Source: an uncultured Methanospirillum sp.
Lineage (GTDB): Archaea > Halobacteriota > Methanomicrobia > Methanomicrobiales > Methanospirillaceae
DNA: 64,000 bases
Reading direction: 5' to 3'
Assembly (NCBI GenBank): GCA_964637135.1
Contig: CAZWTX010000009.1
Location: 1-64,000 of the forward strand
This document shows, piece after piece, positions 31,046 to 41,474 of this stretch. The notes under the pieces were generated by a model. The model made no database searches and was not told where the DNA came from. It was given only the letters and a program-made list of their open reading frames with translations. Within the stretch, counting starts at the first letter, position 1, and the number at the start of each line of letters is the position of its first letter. Both the position numbers and the translations under genes were made by a program.

Positions 31046-31572
31046 GTGAAAACACCCGCATATATCGAAGCATACCGTTCAAACTGGAAATCCGACCGGT
31101 CAATCAGGTCGGTCGTGAACTTCCAGGTCTTTTTCGGACCAAGATAATCTATCGACGCATATGCGTTTCCTATCTGGTCACCGTTTGCATTAAAGAGGTT
31201 AAAGGTGATCACGAGGGTATCGATCACCTTGTCATCGAGGTTTTTTATCTCTCCCCTGATGTACGCTTCGCTCCGGGAGATCCGGTCGATTGACGTGCTG
31301 ATAATCGAGAGATTCACCGTTGATGCCTCATTACTTGCGAAGTACCCGAACGGACGCTTGACGTAACAGATCTTTCCGTTCCCGTTCTCCCTGATTACCA
31401 GTTGTTGTTTCTGAAAGTTCACCGAGTCATAGAGCGGAAAGAACTCGTCGATATCCAGTTCTTCCATACTCACCCCGGCCGGCTCTGCCTGTACTGACAC
31501 AGCAGAAAGGAGAATAAAAATCGTCACCGGAATAAGGGAGAGAAAGAGGCCTGAAAACCCGCACAGACGCAT
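31042..31572 (-). CDS. Exported FxLYD-domain protein
   Basis: Signal peptide; IRGEIKN...ITFNLFNANGDQIGNA...LGPKKTWKF. Confidence 0.75.
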   Translation of the reverse strand: MRLCGFSGLFLSLIPVTIFILLSAVSVQAEPAGVSMEELDIDEFFPLYDSVNFQKQQLVIRENGNGKICYVKRPFGYFASNEASTVNLSIISTSIDRISRSEAYIRGEIKNLDDKVIDTLVITFNLFNANGDQIGNAYASIDYLGPKKTWKFTTDLIDRSDFQFERYASIYAGVFT

Positions 31573-31611
31573 AGCAGAAAATGGGTACCTGACGAGAAAA
31601 GGATTATGGAA

Positions 31612-32673
31612 TTATCCGGCCTGCTGCCGGGAGGTAATGTTTTTCGGCTTTTTCTTCAGGGCTTCAACAAGCAGCTGGACTGAATCCTCGATATCGGCGA
31701 GGTCAACGACTTCAACGGGTGAATGAATATACCGGGCCGGAACCGAGAGGGGAATGCTCGGAATACCCTCCCTGACCAGGTTGATGATCGTGGCATCGGT
31801 ATTTCCGCTCTCTCCGACCTCGAGCTGGTACGGTATTTTGGCCTTGTCTCCCGCAGCACGAAGCCAGTCGGAGAGCCGGCGATCTGCCATCAGGCCTCTT
31901 CCGGCGGCGCTCACCAGGATGAGCACCGGCCCCTTACCCATCTCAGGGGTTGCATCCTTCCTGGTTACCCCGGGATGATCCCCGGGGATGGTGACATCTG
32001 TTGCAATCGCAAAATCGGGGTTCAGAGCAAAGGCACTGACCTTTGCTCCCTTCAGGCCGACTTCTTCCTGGACAGTGAAGACGCCGTACACGGTCATCGT
32101 CGTCTTCATCTGTTTCAGGGCCTCGATCAGGACGGCTACACCGACCCGGTTATCCATGGCTTTCCCGGTGATACGGTTATTTGCAAGCCGGATCAGTTCC
32201 TGTTCGATTGTCACCGGGGTACCGATCTCGATACCCAGGGCTGCCACCTCTTCAGCCGTCGCCGCTCCGACGTCGATGAAGAGATCTTCCATTTTTATCT
32301 CCCTCTTCCGGTCTTCCGGAGTCATGACATGCGGGGGTTTGGCACCGATAACCCCGGGAACCGGACCTTTCGTCCCGTGGAGAACAACCCGCTGGGTATG
32401 CAGCGTCGGGTTGAACCAGCCCCCGATGCCGACAAACTTGATGAATCCCTTCTCGTCGACATACTGGACCATCAGGCCGATCTCATCCATATGCGATGCT
32501 ATCATCACCGACAGACCGGTCCCTTTTTTCACGGCAATCAGGTTCCCAATGGCATCTTCCCTGATCTCGTCCACATAGCCGGAGAGTTCAGCCCTGATTA
32601 TTGATTTTATATCTCCCTCAAACCCGGATACTCCGTGGGCATCAGAGAGTTTCTTTAAGAGTTCGTATACCAT
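31612..32673 (-). CDS. M42 family (TET-like) aminopeptidase
   Basis: GVSGFE, SHMDEIG, KAMDNRVG, VQEEVG, RYIHS. Confidence 0.93.
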   Translation of the reverse strand: MVYELLKKLSDAHGVSGFEGDIKSIIRAELSGYVDEIREDAIGNLIAVKKGTGLSVMIASHMDEIGLMVQYVDEKGFIKFVGIGGWFNPTLHTQRVVLHGTKGPVPGVIGAKPPHVMTPEDRKREIKMEDLFIDVGAATAEEVAALGIEIGTPVTIEQELIRLANNRITGKAMDNRVGVAVLIEALKQMKTTMTVYGVFTVQEEVGLKGAKVSAFALNPDFAIATDVTIPGDHPGVTRKDATPEMGKGPVLILVSAAGRGLMADRRLSDWLRAAGDKAKIPYQLEVGESGNTDATIINLVREGIPSIPLSVPARYIHSPVEVVDLADIEDSVQLLVEALKKKPKNITSRQQAG

Positions 32674-32677
32674 GATA

Positions 32678-33784
32678 TCACGTAAATATTGGTTTCATCC
32701 GGTTAAGAGCGAGCAGGAGCTGATCGCGTGAGGCTGCATAACTCATACGGGCATAATCCGCTGCCGCCGATCCAAAGGCATCACCCGGAACAATGATGAC
32801 CCCGGCATCAAGGACGGCTTTTATCTTTTCTCCGCCCATCGGAATGAATGCATAGAAAGCTCCTTCAGGAGTCGGAAAATCAAGACCCATCTCTTCCAGT
32901 CCTTTTGTCAGGAGATCACGCCGGGAATGATACTCGTCCCGCATCCGCTGCACACACGACTGGTCACCGGTGTACGCGGCAACGGCGGCATACTGGCTGA
33001 TGGAGGTTGCACAGGTCTGGCAGTACTGATGTACCTTGAGACACTGTTCCATGTATTCCTCCGGTCCGGCAAGGTATCCGAGGCGCCATCCGGTCATCGC
33101 GTAGGTTTTGCTTGCGGCATTTACCGTGATGACATCCTCCCCGTATTGTGCGGCACTGGTATGGGTTTTACCGTAGATGAAATGTTCATAGACTTCATCA
33201 GACAGGACCGTCACCCCGGCATCCATAGCCGCCTCAACGAGGGTACGGATGGCATCAGGAGACTCCACCATGCCGGTCGGATTGCAGGGAGTATTCAGGA
33301 TCATAAGTCTTGCCCCGTCCATCTTTCCGATGGCCGCATCGATGTCGATATGCAGGGTCTCATCAAGAGGGATTGCATCTGCGGAACCACCGGCAAGCCG
33401 GGCACAGGCCTCGTACGAGACAAACCCCGGATCCGTGATGAGAACCCGGTCGCCGGTATCGACAAGGCTCTGGATGGCCACAAAGAGTGCCTCTCCTGCC
33501 CCGGCGGTCACGATGATCCGGCCGGGATCATACTCCAGTCCGTTCTCCCGCCTGAATTTTGCGGATAGTGCCTCCCGAAGTTCTGGAAGACCGGCATTAA
33601 ATGTATACCCGGTTTTTCCTTCTTCAATAGCCCGGATTGCTGCCGCCCTGATATGATCAGGGGTATCAAAATCAGGCTGACCAAGGGCCAGGTTCACTGA
33701 ATCCGGTTTTGCCGCCTGGAAAAATTTCCGGATTCCGGACATCTCTATCCGGCGTGCCCGTTCAGATATGCGTTTCATGGTCAT
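32678..33784 (-). CDS. Class I/II PLP aminotransferase (aspartate aminotransferase-like)
   Basis: GQPDF, NTPCNPTG, DEVY, SKTYAMTGWRLG. Confidence 0.92.
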   Translation of the reverse strand: MTMKRISERARRIEMSGIRKFFQAAKPDSVNLALGQPDFDTPDHIRAAAIRAIEEGKTGYTFNAGLPELREALSAKFRRENGLEYDPGRIIVTAGAGEALFVAIQSLVDTGDRVLITDPGFVSYEACARLAGGSADAIPLDETLHIDIDAAIGKMDGARLMILNTPCNPTGMVESPDAIRTLVEAAMDAGVTVLSDEVYEHFIYGKTHTSAAQYGEDVITVNAASKTYAMTGWRLGYLAGPEEYMEQCLKVHQYCQTCATSISQYAAVAAYTGDQSCVQRMRDEYHSRRDLLTKGLEEMGLDFPTPEGAFYAFIPMGGEKIKAVLDAGVIIVPGDAFGSAAADYARMSYAASRDQLLLALNRMKPIFT

Positions 33785-34380
33785 TCGATATTGGCATGCC
33801 TGCCCTTTAGTTCAGACTCGTCAGTCTGGGTGATCTCCATGAGCCGTGATATGACCGCATCACAAAACGTCATCGATGCGGTTTCAAAAAGAGTCCCGAG
33901 CGGAGCAAAAGACCGGTGTTCCCCGAGCATCTGTCGGATTTCATACTCAACCGATTCGTCGGGAACCTTGTCGCGGAAGTTTTCGATAGCAACCACAGAA
34001 TCTGCCATGTTTCCGATCACCGAATCGGGATTCGAGGTGACAAGGCAGATCCGCCCGCCGATCTCCTTTGCCGTCTCGACGATCTCGGCGATGGTCCGGG
34101 TCTTCCCTGATCCGGAGAGGACAACAATCAGATCACCGGGCATGAGTGCCGGGGTGATCGTCTCGCCGACCACGTAACTGATCATACCAAGATGCATCAG
34201 GCGCATGGCAAACGCTTTTGCAACTAGACCGGATCGACCCGCTCCCATCACATAAATCCGTTTAGCCCGGAGCAGTTCCTCGATGAACCGGGAAACCTCC
34301 TCATCAGACATGTGTGAAGCGATGACATCAATCCGGGATGCCATCAGCCGCATCATATCCTGAACACGATGTTGATTCAT
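33781..34380 (-). CDS. hxlB: 6-phospho-3-hexuloisomerase
   Basis: GAGRSGLVAKAFAMRLMHLG, SGSG, PLGTLFE, HANIE C-terminus. Confidence 0.93.
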   Translation of the reverse strand: MNQHRVQDMMRLMASRIDVIASHMSDEEVSRFIEELLRAKRIYVMGAGRSGLVAKAFAMRLMHLGMISYVVGETITPALMPGDLIVVLSGSGKTRTIAEIVETAKEIGGRICLVTSNPDSVIGNMADSVVAIENFRDKVPDESVEYEIRQMLGEHRSFAPLGTLFETASMTFCDAVISRLMEITQTDESELKGRHANIE

Positions 34381-34443
34381 GTCTGCCAGTACTCATTCCG
34401 GCCATGACATCTTCAGCATATCGAAGGCACCTGAAAAGAGGGA

Positions 34444-35946
34444 TTATTGAGGGCGGTATGGCTCGGATGGAGCAGCGGGGACGAGATCCGAACCTTCGAG
34501 GTAGGAAACCGGCCCGTGCCCGCAGCAGATAAGCAGGCGTCGTCCTTCCTCCTGTAACTCCCGATCCAGTGAGCGAGCAAGATCCAAGAGGGCACGCCGC
34601 TCACTTTTGACCAGTTCAGGATCCACGTTCACCGTGGTGACCAGGTACACAGCAAATCCGTTGTAATCGCTCCGGTCAGGGCTGAGGTGTTTCAGGTTCA
34701 GGATGGTGTCAGAGGTGAAGAGAATCCCGGCATCACGACTGAGTACATACACCATCCCATGCTGGTGACCGCCCTGCCCTTCGAGAACCTCAAACGTCTT
34801 TCCTCCGAGAGTAAACGAGCCGATAACCGGGAAAACCCCGCGCATCTCTCCTGTTCCTGGCGGGAAGGTGATCATGTTGTCTGCCGGATTCATCCGGGCA
34901 AAGAGGTTGATCATCACCGTGTAAACCTGTTCCAGGACGAGATCCTGTGAACAGGCACCATAGGCACGGTTGTTAGTTTCGATGATCTTCTTCGTTCCTT
35001 TATGGGTATACACCGGGGCATCATAGTACCCGGCAGCCCCGCAATGATCCGTGTCCCCGTGCGTGAGAATGATCCGGGTAAACCGGTCGGAGAGGCCATA
35101 TTCCCGAAACATCCGGATGGTATCGGGATGGTAGATCCCATACCCAGTATCAATCATGACCCGTTCATCCGGTGCATCGAGAATGAAAATACTCCCTCCT
35201 CCGGGGGGCTGAAAACAAAAGAGATCTATTCCGGGGAGGGAGATCTTCTGCACATCGGCATAAAATCCAGCTCCGCTCGTCTCGATGAGCCGTTTTCCAT
35301 TCTGGAGGATCTGATCAAGTACATCCTCATACTCCTTTCCATACTCGGTCAGTTGCTGGGCAATATGACTGAACTGGATCAGGAGATCAAGGAGGTAGGG
35401 ATCATCGGTCTCACCGATGATAGATCTGACCTTTTCCGCGTACCGGAGGTAAAAGAGACACCCGTCTGCCTCCTCTTCCCCGCAATCAAAAACAACCACC
35501 TCGACCCGGTACTGGGCCCGTATCCTCTCAAGAAGTTCTCCGGTCTTTGCGGGATCCCTGACCCGGATCCCAATCTGTAGCTGGTCCGGGCTTTTTCCGC
35601 GGTTATCAAAGGAGAGGGAGAGGATCTCGGTGCGATAATGGTCAAGAATGGTGAGAATCCGATCCAGGGTACCCGGGATCTCCGGCACAAAGACGGTGAA
35701 CCGGATACTCATCGGATACCGGATGGTGGTCTGGAGATACCCCTCATCCCTCAGGATACCAGCTGCTTTCAGGCAGGCCTCTTCTGGTCCGCGGACAGAA
35801 AAGAATGCCGTTACCGAATCAATGGACCGGTTATACTGGCACCGTGTGACGGTCAGGCCTGATGTGGCGATGATCTTCACGGCCTGATGCAGGGATCCGG
35901 TATCAGGGATACGGAGAATGTAATACTGATCCTGGCTGCTCGTCAT
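34444..35946 (-). CDS. ACT-domain-containing MBL-fold metallohydrolase
   Basis: Two N-terminal ACT-like domains; IDTG, THGDTDHCG, GHQHG, SD, GHG. Confidence 0.82.
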   Translation of the reverse strand: MTSSQDQYYILRIPDTGSLHQAVKIIATSGLTVTRCQYNRSIDSVTAFFSVRGPEEACLKAAGILRDEGYLQTTIRYPMSIRFTVFVPEIPGTLDRILTILDHYRTEILSLSFDNRGKSPDQLQIGIRVRDPAKTGELLERIRAQYRVEVVVFDCGEEEADGCLFYLRYAEKVRSIIGETDDPYLLDLLIQFSHIAQQLTEYGKEYEDVLDQILQNGKRLIETSGAGFYADVQKISLPGIDLFCFQPPGGGSIFILDAPDERVMIDTGYGIYHPDTIRMFREYGLSDRFTRIILTHGDTDHCGAAGYYDAPVYTHKGTKKIIETNNRAYGACSQDLVLEQVYTVMINLFARMNPADNMITFPPGTGEMRGVFPVIGSFTLGGKTFEVLEGQGGHQHGMVYVLSRDAGILFTSDTILNLKHLSPDRSDYNGFAVYLVTTVNVDPELVKSERRALLDLARSLDRELQEEGRRLLICCGHGPVSYLEGSDLVPAAPSEPYRPQ

Positions 35947-35948
35947 GA

Positions 35949-36257
35949 TTAATCAGGAACATAACTTTCCCGTTCGATGAAAAGACCCCCGAAGATTGCC
36001 CTTTCAATCATTTCAGATACAAAACGCATCCTTTGGGAGGCTTCCATATCCTCGTTCCGGTAGATCTCTGAGTAGAGCTGCAGCCTGAGCAGACCAAACC
36101 GGAGTTTCTCGAGGAGGGGCTCGCTCAGGGTGAGGGCTTCGCGGTACACCGGTTCAATGAGATCGGGAAACTGGGTGATGTCCTCAAGACATCTGACGAT
36201 ATCATCATACAGGGGAAGATGCTCCTCTTTTCCACAGAGGATACGGAGATAATCCAT
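35949..36257 (-). CDS. Small hypothetical protein
   Basis: Fills the gap between Mrp and MBL with 2-bp spacings. Confidence 0.7.
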   Translation of the reverse strand: MDYLRILCGKEEHLPLYDDIVRCLEDITQFPDLIEPVYREALTLSEPLLEKLRFGLLRLQLYSEIYRNEDMEASQRMRFVSEMIERAIFGGLFIERESYVPD

Positions 36258-36259
36258 GG

Positions 36260-37129
36260 TTACCCTTCGACAATCTCCACCAGTTTCTCCATGATCCTGT
36301 CAACAGCCTGCCAGCTGACAGAATCTTTTCTCTTCAGGATAAACGGCCTGCCTTCATCTCCGGCCTTGCGCATCTCAGGATCAATCGGGATACTGCCAAG
36401 GAACGGGACCTTATGCTCGGTTGCAATGCGTTCCCCTCCTCCTTTTCCGAAGAGATCGATCTCTTCTCCACAATGTGGACAGACCATCCCGCTCATATTC
36501 TCTATGACCCCAAGGACCTCGAGTTTTAGCATTTCAACAAAAGTGATGGCCTTCGTTGAGTCGATGGTAGAGACATCCTGCGGGGTGGTGACGATGACGG
36601 CGCCGCGGACATTGGGGGCGATCTGTGCGATGGTGAGGGCCTCATCACCGGTTCCCGGCGGCAGGTCCACAACGAGATAATCAAGGGATCCCCAGGCGGT
36701 ATCTTCGAGGAACTGCCTGATTGCGCCTGCTTTCATGGCCCCACGCCAGACAACCGGGGAGTGTTTCTCAGGGAGCAGGAGCGCCATGGAGATGGCCTTG
36801 AGCGAACCGGTGACCTTTACCGGAAGGATCTTGTTTCCTTCGGCTTGTAACTGGTGATCCTCGATGCCAAGCATCTTGGCAACGTTCGGGCCGTGGATGT
36901 CAAGGTCAAGGAGTCCAACCTGCTTTCCGTGGTTTGAAAGGGCGTATGCAAGATTCACCGCAACGGTTGATTTTCCGACACCGCCCTTCCCGGACAGGAC
37001 AAGGATTACGTGCCGTACCTCAAGTTCGGCTTTCTTCGGAAGATTGCCACCCGCCTGGGAGCAGGAAGAACTCTGGCTGCATGACGAACAGTTGCTATCA
37101 CAGGTCTCCGGTTTCGGGGTATTATCCAT
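36260..37129 (-). CDS. Mrp/NBP35 Fe-S cluster carrier ATPase
   Basis: N-terminal Cys cluster, SGKGGVGKST, DLPPGTGDE, ENMS..CPHC. Confidence 0.94.
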   Translation of the reverse strand: MDNTPKPETCDSNCSSCSQSSSCSQAGGNLPKKAELEVRHVILVLSGKGGVGKSTVAVNLAYALSNHGKQVGLLDLDIHGPNVAKMLGIEDHQLQAEGNKILPVKVTGSLKAISMALLLPEKHSPVVWRGAMKAGAIRQFLEDTAWGSLDYLVVDLPPGTGDEALTIAQIAPNVRGAVIVTTPQDVSTIDSTKAITFVEMLKLEVLGVIENMSGMVCPHCGEEIDLFGKGGGERIATEHKVPFLGSIPIDPEMRKAGDEGRPFILKRKDSVSWQAVDRIMEKLVEIVEG

Positions 37130-37303
37130 TACATATTCTCCAGTAATCTGATTCCATATTATTCACATTTAGGTGAGATAAAGGAAATGATGACATTTTA
37201 CAATCGTGATGCATGGAAAAAAGCGATAATCCGTGTAAATCTCAGACTTTACGATATAAATAGCCATAACGCAGATATAGTTTACCACTGAGGGCAGTCA
37301 CTC

Positions 37304-37945
37304 ATGGAACAGAGGGATATCATTGTAATAGCAGGGGCCATACTCGTTGTCCTCTTCCTTGCACTGGTCGTAAAACCGATGCTTACCGGAGAGAGTGTGG
37401 AGATTCTTCCACCAGACACCTTCCCTGCGCAGACACCAGTACCGGAGGCGGTGCTGGAGCCGGTTGCCACACCGGCAGACCAGCCGGCTGAGAGCAGCGG
37501 GCAACCAGTATCAACCGAAGAACCGGGAGCGGGGGTCACCCCGGAGGCAACCCTGACCCCGGGACCGGAGCCGACGAAAGTCTCCTGGCAGCCGGATCCC
37601 GAGATGCCGATGCCAGCCATCCAGATGGTTGATTATGCCGACATTACCGGGAAATATTCGGGAAGTTCTGCACCCTTCCGGATACCAACCCCGTACTGGG
37701 AACTCTCATACAATATCACCCCTGAACAGAACCACCCGGTATTTTCAATTGATGTAATAGAGCAGGATGCCGGAGAGGAAAAGACGATCCGGACGATCAC
37801 CTGGAGGCAGGGCAGACAGCCGGATCCAAAAGAGGGAAGGTTCTTTGAAGGAGGACAGGATTATTATCTCAATATCACCGCTGCGAACCTGAAGGAATAC
37901 CGGGTTGTCATCCGGATTCCCCTGAAATATCTCAGTGAAGCATAA
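37304..37945 (+). CDS. Membrane-anchored hypothetical protein (paralog A)
   Basis: N-terminal TM, Pro/Thr linker, beta-rich domain shared with the next ORF. Confidence 0.75.
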   Translation: MEQRDIIVIAGAILVVLFLALVVKPMLTGESVEILPPDTFPAQTPVPEAVLEPVATPADQPAESSGQPVSTEEPGAGVTPEATLTPGPEPTKVSWQPDPEMPMPAIQMVDYADITGKYSGSSAPFRIPTPYWELSYNITPEQNHPVFSIDVIEQDAGEEKTIRTITWRQGRQPDPKEGRFFEGGQDYYLNITAANLKEYRVVIRIPLKYLSEA

Positions 37946-37957
37946 CCGGAGGGATTC

Positions 37958-39244
37958 ATGGAGAAACGGGATCTGATCGTGATCATCGTTGCCATCGTGA
38001 TCGTGCTCATCATGGCGATGTACATCAAGCCGCTTGTGACCGGAAAAGAAGTCAAGATCATCCCGGATGAACTAGCAGGTCTCTTCGGTACAGCCCGGAA
38101 CGAGACCGCCAATAACACCAGCCCGGGGGATGTTCCCCCCCTCATCAACGAAACGAATCTTTCCGGGTTCTCAGGTGGCAACGCGACAAACGTGTCAGCC
38201 AACATCACCTTCACCTCGACGATGACACCGACTCCCCGGCCGACATGGAACGGAACATCAGTTTCAACTGAAATTTCCCGGTTACCGATCGGTACGGATA
38301 TTTCTGCACGCCCATACCCGGATTCTTCCGGTACCCGCTACTCAGCAATGGCACCGGTTGAAAACCTGAAAACATACACTACAATATCCGGTAAATATTC
38401 CACTGAAACTGAACCGATATACATCCCGTCACAGTACTGGGAACTCTGGTACACGGTTGAGCTGGAAGAAGATCTCCAGAACCCTGATGTAGAGGATCTC
38501 AATACCGATTCTGAAGAGGGATCGGTGGCAACCGTGGTTATGGCAAACCCGTCGTTTTCGATTGATGTCATCGACGATACATCCGGTCAGACCATCCGGC
38601 ATATTGTCCCCGAAGGCGGTCTTAATCCGAAGATCTGGGAGGGAACATTCGGAAGAGAAGGATCTGATCTGTCAAGTACTGTGGAAACCACAGACAGCAA
38701 AGGAAAGACAATCACCAAGGAGATAGACTGGGATCCCCGGCCGTGGAAAGAGAAATTCTACGACGGCAACAAATACTTCCGGATCGTCGCCAGACTACAA
38801 AACCTAATATCCTACCAGTGGGAGATAAAAATCCCGAAATCTGATACCGCCGCTCCGGCTCCCGCTGCCAACCAGTCGGCAGTTCCTGAGGAATACCTGC
38901 CGGGAAAGGAGATGGAAAAGACCGTCGCCCGGTATATCGAGGAATTTAATTCCTTTACCAGCGCCACCGATCCGGTCAATCTCTCCAGCCTCTTCTCATA
39001 CCGGATGAGACTCGGAACCAGCCCCGAAACAATACGAACCACCATCCTGGAGATGAAAAATGCGGGGATAACGATGGATTCGTACCAGGTGAGTGATATC
39101 TTTTACCGCACATACGAGGGATCGCTGAAAGGCTCATTTACCTGGAAGGCGAGAAATGTCGAGAAAAAAACTCCCTACGACCTCTCATTCTTTAACGAGA
39201 GCGGTCAGTGGAAACTTGATGCAGTACCGGTCTTACGGTATTAA
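37958..39244 (+). CDS. Membrane-anchored hypothetical protein (paralog B, extra C-terminal domain)
   Basis: Very similar N-terminal anchor, many sequons, shared GKYS...YWEL...FSIDVI domain. Confidence 0.75.
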   Translation: MEKRDLIVIIVAIVIVLIMAMYIKPLVTGKEVKIIPDELAGLFGTARNETANNTSPGDVPPLINETNLSGFSGGNATNVSANITFTSTMTPTPRPTWNGTSVSTEISRLPIGTDISARPYPDSSGTRYSAMAPVENLKTYTTISGKYSTETEPIYIPSQYWELWYTVELEEDLQNPDVEDLNTDSEEGSVATVVMANPSFSIDVIDDTSGQTIRHIVPEGGLNPKIWEGTFGREGSDLSSTVETTDSKGKTITKEIDWDPRPWKEKFYDGNKYFRIVARLQNLISYQWEIKIPKSDTAAPAPAANQSAVPEEYLPGKEMEKTVARYIEEFNSFTSATDPVNLSSLFSYRMRLGTSPETIRTTILEMKNAGITMDSYQVSDIFYRTYEGSLKGSFTWKARNVEKKTPYDLSFFNESGQWKLDAVPVLRY

Positions 39245-39249
39245 AAAAA

Positions 39250-39633
39250 TCAGAGAAAGTCAATCTTTCTCTTATCCATCGAGAAGATATAGGTTATCTC
39301 TTTTCCAACCTCGATCTTGTTTTTGACATCCTCAGGGATGGCAATCTCAAAGTTGGAGAAATCGGCGAGGTCCATGAGCTGGGCGTTATCCCCTGCAATC
39401 GAGATGATCTGAGCGTTCCTGCGTTCGACGATCGGAGCATAGGTCTTTGCTGACACCGGAGAGACAATGGACCGCTTGACGCCGTCAAAAATCCCCATGA
39501 CATCGAGTCGGGCCTTCGCTGCGCCGTGTTTCCCGGGCTTTGAGACAGATATTGAGAGAATTTTACAGGGTTCATCCTCGACAAGTATGTATTTACCCTC
39601 TTTGAGCTTTCCAATTTCAGTCTGTTCCTTCAT
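39250..39633 (-). CDS. eif5a: Translation factor aIF5A
   Basis: SKPGKHGAAK hypusination motif. Confidence 0.96.
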   Translation of the reverse strand: MKEQTEIGKLKEGKYILVEDEPCKILSISVSKPGKHGAAKARLDVMGIFDGVKRSIVSPVSAKTYAPIVERRNAQIISIAGDNAQLMDLADFSNFEIAIPEDVKNKIEVGKEITYIFSMDKRKIDFL

Positions 39634-39714
39634 AAATCACCTTTGGGTAAAAGCTGAGTATATTATCGTATCCTCCACACATAAATACACCGTACTGGAG
39701 AGGATACGATTTAC

Positions 39715-40491
39715 ATGAATTTCTTCGCAGCCTGTGAAGATATTGCCAGGACCGTGAGGGATGCAACAACCCCGCTGATCGGAACTGAAGAGGGGAACAG
39801 GATTGTCGGAATGGGGGCAGATCTCACCCCGACCAAGTATATTGACAAGGTTGCCGAGGATCTCATCATCGATGCCCTGCGGGAGAAGGGTATCGGATCA
39901 TACCTTATCAGTGAAGAAGCAGGGAATATTGTGCTTGACGGAGAGGATGGGACTGTGTACCTCGATCCCATCGACGGGACATACAATGCTACAAAAAACA
40001 TCCCGTTCTATGCGGTATCCCTTGCGTTTGCCAATCAGAGCGGTGTTATCATGGGATACGTAGAAAACCTGGCAACCGGAGAGCGGTTCCATGCTGAGCG
40101 AACGAAAGGTGCCTTTGAAAACGGTACACTTCTGAAGGTATCCACGGTGTCAGAACTCCATGAATCTGCGATGAGCATCTACCGGAAGGATTTTTTCCCT
40201 GACCGGGTCTGTCGCCTTGGCCAGAAAATTCGAAGAAACCGCCAGTTTGGTGCATCGGCCCTTGAACTCTCCTATGTCGCGGCAGGAAAGATAGACGGGT
40301 TTGTCGATCTCAGAAACACGCTTCGCGTGACTGACGCCGCAGCAGGAATCCTCATCTGCCGGGAAGCAGGGGGAACGGTCACAAACCTCAATGGAGATCC
40401 CATCGTCATGCCTGATGACATCACGAAGGGATCCTGCCTGATTGCAACAAATGGGAGATTACACCAGAAAGTGATCGAGTACCTTCGCTGA
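39715..40491 (+). CDS. Inositol monophosphatase family (FBPase/IMPase/NADP phosphatase-like)
   Basis: [32 protein letters not shown]. Confidence 0.9.
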   Translation: MNFFAACEDIARTVRDATTPLIGTEEGNRIVGMGADLTPTKYIDKVAEDLIIDALREKGIGSYLISEEAGNIVLDGEDGTVYLDPIDGTYNATKNIPFYAVSLAFANQSGVIMGYVENLATGERFHAERTKGAFENGTLLKVSTVSELHESAMSIYRKDFFPDRVCRLGQKIRRNRQFGASALELSYVAAGKIDGFVDLRNTLRVTDAAAGILICREAGGTVTNLNGDPIVMPDDITKGSCLIATNGRLHQKVIEYLR

Positions 40492-40493
40492 TC

Positions 40494-41303
40494 ATGCATA
40501 TCTGCATCGTCTGTAAAACCGGAGACCCGCGTATCCTTGAATATGGGAGTACCCTTGCCGGCCTCATGACCACGCAGGCTCATGAGATCCGGATCATCGA
40601 TCGCGATCTCAGGACTGATCATTCCCCGTTGTTCACCGAGCAGTCAGTCCCCGATCTTGTCGTTGTCATCGGGGGTGACGGGACCGTGCTCCTTGCGGTG
40701 CAACGGATGCCGGTACAGGTACCGGTCGTCGGCATTAACTGCGGTGAAGTGGGTTTCCTGGCTGATCTCGACCCTGGATCCGCCGGTTCCTTCCTGAACG
40801 CGGTCAGGAAGCCCCTCGCCACAGAACCACGAATGCGGATTGAGCTGTCGGCTGACGGGAATCTGATCGGTACCGCCCTGAATGAGGCAGTGATAGTAAC
40901 CGAACGCCCGGCGAAGATGCTCAAGTTCCTTGTTCAGATAGATGGCATCCTAGCCGAACGGTTCAGGGCAGACGGCCTTCTGATCAGCACACCGACCGGA
41001 TCCACGGCCTATGCCATGAGTGCGGGCGGCCCGATTGTCGATCCCGGAATAGAGGGATTCCTGATGGTCCCGCTCGCCCCGTTCATGCTTTCAAACCGCC
41101 CGCACCTGATTAGTTCGGAGCGTGAAGTACAGATTTCCCTGGAAACAACAAAACCTGCCAGGATTGTGCTTGACGGGCAGCACGAGATCAGGATCACCAG
41201 TCAGACGACGATAGCCGTGAGGAGATCAGACCACCCGGCATTATTCCTGCATACCGGCATCAATTTCTTCGAGAAGATCAACAGGAAACTGCGCAATCTC
41301 TGA
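40494..41303 (+). CDS. nadK: NAD kinase
   Basis: [30 protein letters not shown]. Confidence 0.94.
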   Translation: MHICIVCKTGDPRILEYGSTLAGLMTTQAHEIRIIDRDLRTDHSPLFTEQSVPDLVVVIGGDGTVLLAVQRMPVQVPVVGINCGEVGFLADLDPGSAGSFLNAVRKPLATEPRMRIELSADGNLIGTALNEAVIVTERPAKMLKFLVQIDGILAERFRADGLLISTPTGSTAYAMSAGGPIVDPGIEGFLMVPLAPFMLSNRPHLISSEREVQISLETTKPARIVLDGQHEIRITSQTTIAVRRSDHPALFLHTGINFFEKINRKLRNL

Positions 41304-41474
41304 AACCACCGGAAGGGAGGAGGGGATTTCGGTAGGAGAACTCCTTTACCATCATACCTCCAATTATCTGCGTAACCTGCACACGTCACCTCATAACTAT
41401 ACCAGGTGACCGGGAATGCATGAATCCGGGAGTATATTAATAATGAGATCAGACAAAAAAGTACGGGTATCAGG

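Noticed and set aside
31723..32604. Long plus-strand ORF (293 aa) and many similar antisense ORFs in the track
   Set aside because: They are shadows of well-supported genes on the opposite strand and show no motifs
41385..41410. 7-bp inverted repeat gtcacct/aggtgac upstream of the TPR gene
   Set aside because: Single occurrence with no associated regulator; could be chance
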